Assembly (NCBI RefSeq): GCF_900232105.1
Contig: NZ_LT934425.1
Location: forward strand, 780,001-812,000
Origin: Candidatus Kuenenia stuttgartensis
GTDB taxonomy: Bacteria; Planctomycetota; Brocadiia; Brocadiales; Brocadiaceae
Length of the DNA: 32,000 nucleotides
Reading direction: 5' to 3'
Shown here: piece by piece, positions 16,840 through 26,100 of the stretch
Layout: the number at the start of each line of letters is the position of its first letter
How positions within the stretch are numbered: the stretch's first letter is position 1
Program-made: the position numbers and the translations under genes
Notes under the pieces: generated by a model
The model's database searches: none
What the model was told of the DNA's origin: nothing
The model's input: only the letters and a program-made list of their open reading frames with translations

Positions 16840-18162
16840 TCAACGCACGGACGGCTTTTTCCTGCCTGAATCCAATCTGATTTTAACCGATTTTGCATGC
16901 GCATCAAGTCCCTCAGATGCTGAAATTTCAGACACATCCTGCTGTACGCTCCTCAGCGCTGATTGTGAATAGGTGATAACACTTGTCCTCTTAATGAAAT
17001 CATTTACCGATAAACCGGATGAAAAACGCGCAGTGCCTCCGGTAGGGAGCACATGGGATGGTCCGGCGATATAATCTCCCAGAGCCACAGGGGTGTAATC
17101 TCCCACAAATACCGCGCCGGCGTGTTTAATGCCTGATAACACGGCTTTTGGATTCTGCGTCATAATCTGCAAATGCTCTGGAGCAATGGCATTGGAGAGC
17201 GCTATGCATTCGTTCATATTTTTTGTGATAAAAATTACTCCATATTTGCTGAGGCATTCATTTGTGCCGGCGGAACGGCTGAGTGTTTTTATCTGCAGGG
17301 TTATTTCTGCTAAAACTTGCTTTGCCAACAATTTTGAAGAAGTGACTAAAAGAGAAATACCCGGAGTATGTTCCGCCTGAGAAAGCAAATCAGAAGCGAT
17401 ATATGATGGGTTTGCATGGTTATCGGCAATAATTAACACCTCGCTCGGGCCGGCAAGCATGTCTATTCCCGCATATCCGAAAATTTCTTTTTTGGCAAGC
17501 GTCACAAACACATTTCCAGGGCCTACGATTTTGTCCACACTTGGAATGGTTTTCGTTCCAAAAGCGAGCGCAGCAATTGCCTGAACACCGCCGATTTTGT
17601 ATATCTCACTAACGCCTGCCTCTTTTGCCGCCACCAATCTCTCCGGAGGAATGTTTCCGTCTTCCTTTGGGGGAGAGACCATGACTATTTTCTCCACTCC
17701 GGCAACCTGGGCGGGAATAGCGTTCATCAATACGGTAGAGGGGTACGAAGCCGCCCCCCCGGGGACATATATCCCTGCGCTGTCTATTGGGGTATAGATT
17801 GTGTCAAGAATCACCCCTTTAGACCTTAGCGGTTTTACGTTTTGAATGCGAATATGGTTCTGATATGTTTGAATATTTTTTATTGCAAGGCGTATTGCCT
17901 TTATAAATTTACCGGTTACATATTTATAAGCGTCTTCAATTTCCTCTTCTTTTACCCTGAATTGTTCCGGCGAAAGAGGTGCCTTGTCAAAACGTTTGCC
18001 ATATGCGGCAATGGCCTTGTCGCCATTTTTTTTTACATCCTGAATGATTTTGAGTACGGTTGTTCTGATGTCTGAAGAACTGTTTAAAGGGTCTAAGCCT
18101 TGTTTGATTTTTTCAATCTCCAGGCTTGCATCGCATTCCCATGTTTTAAGTATCCGCATCAT
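16840..18162 (-). CDS. hisD: Histidinol dehydrogenase
   Basis: VPGGAASYPSTVLMNAIPAQVAGVEKIVMVSPP, YKIGGVQAIAALAFGTKTIPSVDKIVGPGNVFVTLAKKEIFG, DMLAGPSEVLIIAD, PSHVLPTGGTARFSSGLSVNDFIKRTSVI. Confidence 0.96.
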   Translation of the reverse strand: MMRILKTWECDASLEIEKIKQGLDPLNSSSDIRTTVLKIIQDVKKNGDKAIAAYGKRFDKAPLSPEQFRVKEEEIEDAYKYVTGKFIKAIRLAIKNIQTYQNHIRIQNVKPLRSKGVILDTIYTPIDSAGIYVPGGAASYPSTVLMNAIPAQVAGVEKIVMVSPPKEDGNIPPERLVAAKEAGVSEIYKIGGVQAIAALAFGTKTIPSVDKIVGPGNVFVTLAKKEIFGYAGIDMLAGPSEVLIIADNHANPSYIASDLLSQAEHTPGISLLVTSSKLLAKQVLAEITLQIKTLSRSAGTNECLSKYGVIFITKNMNECIALSNAIAPEHLQIMTQNPKAVLSGIKHAGAVFVGDYTPVALGDYIAGPSHVLPTGGTARFSSGLSVNDFIKRTSVITYSQSALRSVQQDVSEISASEGLDAHAKSVKIRLDSGRKKPSVR

Positions 18163-18169
18163 TCATCAT

Positions 18170-18199
18170 CCAAAAAATTAACGAGGCCGTTGGCCTCGT
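18170..18199 (-). promoter_or_regulatory. Terminator-like hairpin plus T-tract in the hisD 5' leader
   Basis: Minus strand ACGAGGCC-AAC-GGCCTCGT followed by TAATTTTTTGG, ending about 8 nt before the hisD start. Confidence 0.6.
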
Positions 18200-18233
18200 G
18201 TTATAAAGACGTAGAAAGAAATTATTGAAAAAA

Positions 18234-18262
18234 ATTATATTTACTATGGTAAATGTTGTCAA
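18234..18262 (-). promoter_or_regulatory. Consensus sigma70 promoter upstream of hisD
   Basis: Minus strand TTGACA (18262-18257), exactly 17-bp spacer, TATAAT (18239-18234). Confidence 0.8.
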
Positions 18263-18556
18263 GGAAAATGAAAAGACGTTCATCAACAACAAGGACTGGT
18301 AGTTCATGGATATTGTCTGATGCCGGATTATTGTCATCTTGAAGTGAGAAGTCCGGCCATTACTACACGAAACAAATAAGCTTGCAAATCAGAAATAGGG
18401 TTTCTATAATGCAAACATGCCACTGGTAAAATGATCAATCCCGGCAAAATTGTACAAACATCTCAACAAGTTAAATCGGGCATTTTCAGCTATTTTCCTC
18501 TCCCACGTTTAAATAATTCCGCTTGTATAAAGGCTAATAGCATATAAACAAGTACC

Positions 18557-19336
18557 ATGGATAATGTATACCACTTAGACCTGAATAGCAAAAACATACA
18601 AGGGGCGAAGATCGCTTTATTGCCAGGCGACCCCTTTCGATCCCAAATTATTGCAGAGAGCATTTCGAAGACATACGGAACCGGCAACGAGAGACTCGCC
18701 TGGAAACGCGAGTATTGCTCATATCTTACTGAGGTGAGTGGACAAAAAATCCTCATTACCTCAACGGGAATCGGGGGTCCCTCCGCATCAATCGCCGTAG
18801 ACGAGTTGGCACAATTGGGGATACAAACTTTTATCAGAGTGGGGACATCAGGTGCAATACAGGAATATATCGATATTGGAGACGTTATTATCACTACCGG
18901 AGCGGTTAGGCTTGATGGCGCATCGACGCATTATGCCCCCATTGAATACCCCGCAGTTGCCAACCATGAAATTATTTATTCCCTGATAGAAGGCGCAAAA
19001 TATTCCCGGATAAAATATCATGTCGGTATCACCGCATCATCGGATACTTTTTATCAGGGCGAAGAAAGAAGCGATTCGTTTAGAAAATATACCTTAAGAA
19101 AATTTCAGGGAATAACAAAGGAATTGCAGTCCCTTAATGTACTCAATTACGAAATGGAGGCGTCCACGGTATTAACCCTGACCGCATCCATGGGGTTGAA
19201 AGGGGGATGTATTACCGGGGTGGTAAATAAAAGAGGCATGGAGAAGATAACGGAACAATGTCTTAAAACAGGGGAAACTCATTTAATTAAGGCGGCAATC
19301 GCATCCCTGAAATATCTGACAGATCTCTCCGGTTAA
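18557..19336 (+). CDS. udp: Uridine phosphorylase-like nucleoside phosphorylase
   Basis: IALLPGDPFRSQIIAE, ILITSTGIGGPSASIAVDELAQLGIQTFIRVGTSGAIQ, VIITTGAVRLDGASTHYAPIEYPA, LNYEMEASTVLTLTASMG. Confidence 0.85.
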   Translation: MDNVYHLDLNSKNIQGAKIALLPGDPFRSQIIAESISKTYGTGNERLAWKREYCSYLTEVSGQKILITSTGIGGPSASIAVDELAQLGIQTFIRVGTSGAIQEYIDIGDVIITTGAVRLDGASTHYAPIEYPAVANHEIIYSLIEGAKYSRIKYHVGITASSDTFYQGEERSDSFRKYTLRKFQGITKELQSLNVLNYEMEASTVLTLTASMGLKGGCITGVVNKRGMEKITEQCLKTGETHLIKAAIASLKYLTDLSG

Positions 19337-19425
19337 TTGCAGACAGAGACGCATTGTCCTGCGTTGGTACTATTTTCCGAAACATCTTATTATAAACATT
19401 TAGAAAAAAGAGAAGATTGCTATTT

Positions 19426-20322
19426 ATGCAAAACAAAAAAGATTTCAGATCAGGATATGTTGCGGTAATAGGGGAGCCAAATGTAGGCAAATCCACCCTC
19501 ATTAACAATTATATGGGGTGTAAATTATCCATCGTTACTCATAAACCCCAAACGACAAGAAAAAAAATTATGGGTATATTAACGAAGGAAGATTACCAGA
19601 TTATCTTTTTTGATACGCCGGGCATTATAGAACCAACATACGAACTACAAAAATACATGGTGAAAACCGCTTACAGTGTTATTAAAGAAGCGGATATACT
19701 CCTTATGATGGTGGAACCTTTTAAACAACCTGCAAAAATACACAGAGATGTAGTGAAGAAACTCGCCACCTTTAACAAGCCGATACTGCTGGTAATCAAT
19801 AAAGTGGATATGGTAGAAAAGGATAAACTCCTTCCCATTATCGCTTCATATAATACGTTAATGAAGTTTTCCGAAATTATTCCCATTTCCGCAAAGGAAG
19901 GAACTAATCTTGAACGCCTGCTTTCTCTTATTGTGCAGTATTTGCCAGAAGGCGAGCCGCTGTATCCGGAGGATTCTATTACCGATTACAATGAGAGATT
20001 CCTTGCCGCCGAAATTATCAGGGAAAAGGTCTTTGAGTTTTATGGAGAAGAAATTCCTTATTCTTCAACGGTGGAAATTGAAGAATTCAAGGAGAGGGAA
20101 AAAGGCAGGGACTATATCAAGGCGATTATTTATGTTGAACGGAAATCGCAGAAGGGAATTATTATCGGCGAAGAGGGCAAGGCAATCAAGCACGTGGGCG
20201 TCATTGCACGAAAAGATATCGAGGATCAACTGGGAAGGGAAGTATTTCTTGAACTGCACGTTAAGGTCATGGAGAAATGGCGAAAAGATACACATAAGTT
20301 AAAAAGGTTGGGTTATCAATAA
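19426..20322 (+). CDS. era: GTPase Era
   Basis: G1 GEPNVGKSTLINNYMG, KPQTTRKKIMGI, G3 FFDTPGI, G4 VINKVDMV, SAKEG, C-terminal KH region IYVERKSQKGIIIGEEGKAIKHVGVIARKDIEDQLGREVFLELHVKVMEKWRKD. Confidence 0.95.
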   Translation: MQNKKDFRSGYVAVIGEPNVGKSTLINNYMGCKLSIVTHKPQTTRKKIMGILTKEDYQIIFFDTPGIIEPTYELQKYMVKTAYSVIKEADILLMMVEPFKQPAKIHRDVVKKLATFNKPILLVINKVDMVEKDKLLPIIASYNTLMKFSEIIPISAKEGTNLERLLSLIVQYLPEGEPLYPEDSITDYNERFLAAEIIREKVFEFYGEEIPYSSTVEIEEFKEREKGRDYIKAIIYVERKSQKGIIIGEEGKAIKHVGVIARKDIEDQLGREVFLELHVKVMEKWRKDTHKLKRLGYQ

Positions 20323-20324
20323 CA

Positions 20325-21890
20325 ATGTTGGATATTGAATCGTTTTCCACAGAAAATTTTTCGACGGCTTACCGTAATATAGTTGCCATGTGCAGCGCTG
20401 CCGCACGTCATGAAAACATCTCTTTCATACTGGAAGGCACAGAAAAATTAATAAAGGAAGAACTTGTCCGGTGTATCTGGTTCGGACAGCACATTGAAAA
20501 GAAAAATTTGCGCACGGACGATGGCCTCCGCCTGGAAATCCTTTCTCCGGGATGGTGGAACAATGAAGAAGGGCCTGATTTCAAGCACGCGGAGTTTTTT
20601 CTGGAGGGAAAGGGGTTAATAAGAGGCAGTGTCGAAATCCATGTATTTGCCTCCGACTGGATACATCACAAACATGAAAACCAAAAAACCTACGATGCCG
20701 TATGCCTGCACGTGGTTATGTGGAATGATCTGAAGGGGAGATGCGTCAAAAACTTCTCCGGAAAAGTAATCCCACAAATAACATTATCACTCTATCTGGA
20801 GGCAGAACTTGATGAGATAATCGAAACCATTGATGTTGGCTCTTACATCGGCAACAAACAGGTTATCCCGGGATATTGCAATCTGGAGATGCGAAAACAA
20901 AAAATAACACAACAATGGATCGGGGGTTTTCTTGATTACGCAGGAGATGAACGCATCCTTCAAAAGGCAAAAAAATATGAAAAATGGATTGAAAACAAAC
21001 CTTTCGAACGGGTTCTTTATGAAGCAATAATGGAATCGCTGGGATACAAAAACAATAAAAAACCTTTTCTGATGCTGGCCTCACTCGTTACCGCAGAAAC
21101 GATTCAATCTTTTGTGCCGGAATATACTCCTGCTCAGGAGAAAAAAATCATAGCCCAGTCCCTGTTGCTGGGTATGGCAGGATTATTACCCCTGAATGAG
21201 GAGGAGACAAAAAGATTTGATGATGAAACCATACAGTATTTTGACCGTATTTTCTCAACATGGCAGGGCATAAAACCAAAGATACATCAGACGCCCCTGA
21301 CCAGGGAAAGCTGGTCGTATACAGGGATCAGGCCTGCAAATTTTCCCGACAGGAGAATTGTTGCCATTGCCAACATCCTATCAGAACACCTTGACAATGG
21401 CCTCTTCCGGTATATATTGCGTATCTTCCAAAAAAGAGATGATACGAAAAAAAACACGCGGGGATTTAAATCATTCGTCAATGAATTCCTCTCTCCCTTT
21501 CTGGAAACCCATGACGCATATTGGTCGTATCGTTACACCCCCGGTGGCAAGAAGCTGAACAAACCGCAAAAACTCCTTGGAAAAGAAAGGACATCAAACA
21601 TTTTTGTTAATGTGATCATCCCGGTCATGCTCGTATACGCAAGAAAGCATAACGACAAGGCATTAGAAGAAAGATTGCACTACATTTACAGAAACTACAC
21701 ACCTCATCCTTCCACCAGCGTTACAAAATTTATGGGTACTCGTATATTTGGAACATCAATGGTTTCAAATAAAGTGATACATTCCGCAAGAAGACAGCAA
21801 GGGCTTTATCAGCTATTTAAGGACTTTTGTGAAAACGATACGATCAGTTGTAACAAATGCGCCTTATATGCAGCCATGAACAAAGAATAA
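20325..21890 (+). CDS. DUF2851 family protein
   Basis: LRLEILSPGWWNNEEGPDFKHAEFFLEGKGLIRGSVEIHVFASDWIHHKHENQKTYDAVCLHVVMWND and GYKNNKKPFLMLASLV. It starts 2 nt after the era stop. Confidence 0.8.
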   Translation: MLDIESFSTENFSTAYRNIVAMCSAAARHENISFILEGTEKLIKEELVRCIWFGQHIEKKNLRTDDGLRLEILSPGWWNNEEGPDFKHAEFFLEGKGLIRGSVEIHVFASDWIHHKHENQKTYDAVCLHVVMWNDLKGRCVKNFSGKVIPQITLSLYLEAELDEIIETIDVGSYIGNKQVIPGYCNLEMRKQKITQQWIGGFLDYAGDERILQKAKKYEKWIENKPFERVLYEAIMESLGYKNNKKPFLMLASLVTAETIQSFVPEYTPAQEKKIIAQSLLLGMAGLLPLNEEETKRFDDETIQYFDRIFSTWQGIKPKIHQTPLTRESWSYTGIRPANFPDRRIVAIANILSEHLDNGLFRYILRIFQKRDDTKKNTRGFKSFVNEFLSPFLETHDAYWSYRYTPGGKKLNKPQKLLGKERTSNIFVNVIIPVMLVYARKHNDKALEERLHYIYRNYTPHPSTSVTKFMGTRIFGTSMVSNKVIHSARRQQGLYQLFKDFCENDTISCNKCALYAAMNKE

Positions 21891-21914
21891 CGTATTAAAA
21901 AACAGAGTACCAAA

Positions 21915-22559
21915 ATGAAAAATCTAAAGTTCTACATTACAGGGATACTTGGCTGTTTTTTAGTCAGGATATTGCTGTTTACCCTGCGAATAGAACACGA
22001 ACCAGGGGGAAGTCTGGAAAAGGTAAAAAAGTCATTAAATATTTATGCTATATGGCACTGTACGCTGCTTTGCCTTGCCTATATTGGCCGCAATGCAAAT
22101 ATACAAGTACTTGTCAGCCAGCATTCTGATGGTGAATACATTGCAGGGGTAATTAAACGGCTTGGTTTCGGCGTTATCAGAGGCTCTACCACCCGTGGAG
22201 GCGCCAGGGCGGTAAAGGCGTTAGTGGATAAAACAAAGGCAGGGTATTCAATTGCAATTACACCTGACGGGCCCAGAGGGCCGCGATGCGTGGTGCAATC
22301 AGGGTGTATATACCTTGGCAAAAAAACAGGCGTACCCATTCTCCCTGTTACAGTCGGAATGTCAAATTACTGGAAACTTCCAAGTTGGGACGAATTTCGC
22401 ATACCAAAGCCGTTTTCCCGTGTGTTAATACTCTATGGCAAACCCTTGTTTATCCCCCCACAACTTAACGATGAAGAAATGGAAGCATACCGTCTATTGC
22501 TGGAAAGAACCATGTGCGAAATGATGAAAAAAGCAGATTTACTGGCACAACAAAAATAA
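21915..22559 (+). CDS. Lysophospholipid acyltransferase family protein (DUF374-like)
   Basis: IWHCTLLCLAYIGRN, VSQHSDGEYIAGVIKRLGFGVIRGSTTRGGARAVKALV, YSIAITPDGPRGPRCVVQSGCIYLGKKTGVPILPVTVGMSNYWKLPSWDEFRIPKPFSR. Confidence 0.85.
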   Translation: MKNLKFYITGILGCFLVRILLFTLRIEHEPGGSLEKVKKSLNIYAIWHCTLLCLAYIGRNANIQVLVSQHSDGEYIAGVIKRLGFGVIRGSTTRGGARAVKALVDKTKAGYSIAITPDGPRGPRCVVQSGCIYLGKKTGVPILPVTVGMSNYWKLPSWDEFRIPKPFSRVLILYGKPLFIPPQLNDEEMEAYRLLLERTMCEMMKKADLLAQQK

Positions 22560-22680
22560 CCCGTGTTTAGCACCTTCTCAATAGTTTCTTTGTATTTTTT
22601 GTAACTATTCAGCGTAAACATTACACGACTCCCGGCGGGTTCCGGTTTGCAAGCCTGAACTCTCGAAGGTAATGGGTAAT

Positions 22681-22740
22681 TGGGGCCACTTCCCATATTT
22701 TCAAATCAAATCAAGTTGGAAAATATGGGAAGTGGCCCTA
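22681..22740. terminator. Long inverted repeat between convergent genes (bidirectional terminator or extragenic palindrome)
   Basis: GGGCCACTTCCCATATTTTC (22683-22702) pairs perfectly with GAAAATATGGGAAGTGGCCC (22719-22738), 16-nt loop. There is no classic T-tract directly after it. Confidence 0.6.
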
Positions 22741-22743
22741 CAT

Positions 22744-22905
22744 TTACTTTTTATTTAGCTCATCGTAAAGGGCTATTTGTTCTTCCACGCTAAGCTGTCT
22801 TGGTTTTTTCTTGTTGCACAAGCACATGGAACAGCGTTCATCGCTGCAAAACTGACAACTAAAGCAGTCGTCGCACGGATATTTTTTGTCTTTACAATTT
22901 CCCAT
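22744..22905 (-). CDS. Small cysteine-rich protein (53 aa), putative metal-binding; below the ORF-track cutoff
   Basis: Translation MGNCKDKKYPCDDCFSCQFCSDERCSMCLCNKKKPRQLSVEEQIALYDELNKK, 8 Cys in the first 30 residues, acidic/basic C-terminal helix. RBS is weak. Confidence 0.55.
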   Translation of the reverse strand: MGNCKDKKYPCDDCFSCQFCSDERCSMCLCNKKKPRQLSVEEQIALYDELNKK

Positions 22906-22961
22906 TATCGTATAACCATGCCTGCCAAGAAAATCTTACGGGCACAAATATTTAATTTTTT

Positions 22962-22988
22962 TAACACTTTAGTCTTTTGAAAAATCTG
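22962..22988. repeat. Solo copy of the terminal repeat of the 14137-14333 element
   Basis: TAACACTTTAGTCTTTTGAAAAATCTG compared with TAACACTTTAGTTCTTTGAAAAATTCC at 14137. Confidence 0.6.
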
Positions 22989-23005
22989 ACCACGCATTAA
23001 CTCCC

Positions 23006-23065
23006 ATGCTTCAGCATGGAAAATAGCTCGATCTCGTTCCCCAAGCCGGAGCTTGGGAATGAGCA
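23006..23065. repeat. Extragenic palindromes CCATGCT-TC-AGCATGG and CTCGTTCCCCAAGC...GCTTGGGAATGAG
   Basis: CCATGCTTCAGCATGG at 23006-23021. CTCGTTCCCCAAGCCGGAGCTTGGGAATGAG at 23035-23065, related in sequence to 6095-6144. Confidence 0.65.
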
Positions 23066-23125
23066 TTTTTAATTTAAAATTCAAAATTCCTAATCTAACA
23101 TTTCAAAGAAATACCTTTTAAACTA

Positions 23126-26100
23126 CTATCCTTCACCTAGCAAGCTGCTCAGGAAAATTCTCCCTAGCACTGCTGAAATATTCTTCAGTTCACCGGGGGG
23201 CAGCGCATAAAAACCTTTCCGCATCCCTTCTTTATCACACCGCAATGATACGTCAAAAATATCATTTATTCCGCCATCTCGGATAATCTCAAATCTCTCC
23301 CCTTTTTTATCTTCTCCCTGATACGGCACTATTTTCCCCATGACATAATTCTGCAGACTCTCTTTAAAATCTTTATGTGACGTCGCCATTAAACGATCCG
23401 TTGTCGCTCTGCCAAATTTTCTAAAATACATTACTTTGTCTTCAACACTAAGCGCATGGTCCATTGACGCCGGCAAATCCATCGCAAGATACCTGTTCAC
23501 CCTTCCTGACAACGGGAGCAAAAAATCTCCATTTCCGCTGCCGCCTTTTGCACCGTTACACCCCTGAAAAACAATCGATGTCCCCTGTTTCCACTTCCCC
23601 GTTGTTTGATCAAAGGAATAGCCCATTGCGCCAGCATCCTGTTCAGGCATTTCATGGCGAAGGCCTTCCCTTCCACCGCCGGATTCACCATAAAAGGCAA
23701 CCGGTTCCAAATAGGGAAAGAAATGACTCTTTCCCCTGTAATTCATAGTAAATGCATCCTGCAGAAACATTGACTCTTGTGTTTCGTTTATCTCAGACCT
23801 CTTTGCCTCCCACTCCCAACAACCGCTGTAATCCCCCGGCATACGCTGGCTAACCATCGCAAACACCATGTCGGATTGTTTTTTGCGCAGCGCACAATGA
23901 TTAATGAATTCTCTTTCCCGGCGGGCAATGGCGTCTGACGGCCTTGTTTTTAAATAGAGACCATACCATTTCTGCGATTCCTCAAATTCATGCATCTGCC
24001 TGTTCAGTTTCCCCATCCATATCATAGCGCGGGTATCTCTGGAATTTGATTCCCACATTGCCAAAAATTGTTTCTTTGCCATTTCATACTCTTCGTGCAA
24101 AGCCAGGAACCTTGCATACTGATACTGAATGCCGGTATTTTCAGGATATAATTCCACGGCATCGTTCAGCCAGTTTTTTGCAAACTGATAGTGTTTCCCC
24201 TCCCGCCCTTTGTCAAAATCTCCCGCCTTATCCATGATTAACTGAAAGAGGGAGAGAGAGATCTGATTATTTAAGAGATATTCCGTTACTATATTATTTG
24301 CAAGAAAGTAGTCGCCGTAATGAATATTTGCCATTGCTATCGCTGTTATGACACGCGTGTTTTTTGTCAAATCCTCCGGCAATTCCATGATTATCCTGTA
24401 AAACGCCTCTCTTTCAATGCCACATTTCACCACATTTTCCAAATAACGGGGCATTTCCTGGCGAGGCAGATTCGATAATTGTATTTCATCACATACTTCC
24501 TTCGCCTTCTTTTTATTGTTCATTGCCATGAAACATTCCATCATGCCCAGTTTATATGATGCATCTTCACGCATACAATAGAGTTGTTCATAAACCTCCA
24601 GCGCCTCCTGAAAATTCCCTGCTCTATATTCAGCCATTGCCAACTGCTCCGTTATGTCTGCATTATTATGCCCGGACAGTTCATCCGCAATTTTCCAGGC
24701 ATGAAGCATGCGGAGGGCAGTCACCTTTGATGCATCAAAGAATAATTCATCCTCAAAAAATTGCTGCGGCATCGTATCAAACCAAGAAGAAGATTCTGCC
24801 AGTGATGCTCCAAGCGCCTGAATGGATTGGTAATGTTCTTCCATTTGTCCGCTTGAAGCGAACAACGATATTGAAAAAACCGCCGAACCATAATCGGCAT
24901 TCTCCAGCGCTGCTAGCAATTCAACACCTTTGTATGCATAGAGCAAAACGGAAAGCATTGCGGCTGTATATTTTTCTTTCTGCGTTTCTAAAAGCACCCC
25001 AATCTCTCTTTCCGCTTCCCTATGCAAGCCCACTTTGATTTGCGAAAGTATCCGCAATGCCGACACCCTTGATTTAGGAAAAGATTCATCCGCGCCCCAT
25101 TTTTGCAATAATGAAGCGGATTTTTTGATAAGTGCCTCGTAATCTTCCAGGCCATAATAACATTCCAGTTCAATAAGCTGCGCCTTGTAATCATTGCCGG
25201 TATTTTGTTCAAAAGCTTGTAACATTGACAATGCTGTTTCATAATTTTTTACAATAGAGAAAAGCCCTGCCTTTGCAATATTCAGTGCGCTACTGGTCTC
25301 CGGCGTGTTTTCAAATTGACGCAAAATTTCCATACCGTTCTCCGGCATATCCATGGAAGCGTATTGAAGAGACAACTCCCCGGCGATAAGGCTATTCGCA
25401 CCGTCCATTTCCAATGCCTGCTTCAGAACCTGAACAGCCGCTTCCCGTTTCTTATTGGCAGTTAATGTGTTCACTATGGCGAAAAGAGTCTTCCTCCATC
25501 GTTCCGAAGCAACCTCCATACCTCTCCATAAACATAGCGCTTTCTCTGTCTCCTCCAAAGACAAATACATCTCCACCAGGAAATCCCGCCTGTCATCGGA
25601 CATTTCTATTTTGTCTATTCCTTCTTTTATCGCCTTTGACAGCAGCGACCATTCCTGCGCTGATGAAAGTGCTTTAAAATACCCAAACCAGATATCGCCA
25701 TTTTCCGGCCATCTACTGATCAAATCCTGATAGAGGACAATAGCGCTCCCATAATTCCCCAGCCAAAACTCAAGGTCGGCGCGAAGTTGCAACATCTTCA
25801 ATGTGTCGCTTTCCTTTGGCATATGGGCAAGTATCATCCTCGCCTCCCTAAATTGCCGGGTTTGCACGAGCATATTCAATTTCAAACATAAGACCTCCCT
25901 GTTGGAAGGATCAAAAAATAACATCGTGTCGCACAATTCAAGGGCTTCATCAAATTGTCCTGTTCTAAAAAAAGCGTCTGCAAGTTTTTCTAACGCATAA
26001 TTCTTTTCCTTTAGCTCATTTAATAAGGGAACAGCCTTTGTGGAGTCATTTTGCATCACGAAACAACATGCCTTGCCCAGTTTTGCCTCTAACACCGTTT

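Noticed and set aside
18146-18337. 63-aa minus ORF as a possible histidine attenuator leader peptide
   Set aside because: It has a single His codon, runs across the hairpin and into hisD, and lacks the His run expected for classical attenuation.
18490-18894. 134-aa minus ORF overlapping the udp-like start
   Set aside because: The plus frame carries the nucleoside phosphorylase motifs; the minus frame does not resemble a protein family.
22433-22696. 87-aa minus ORF downstream of the acyltransferase
   Set aside because: Mostly antisense to the acyltransferase 3' end, with the rest in the hairpin region; no recognisable domain.
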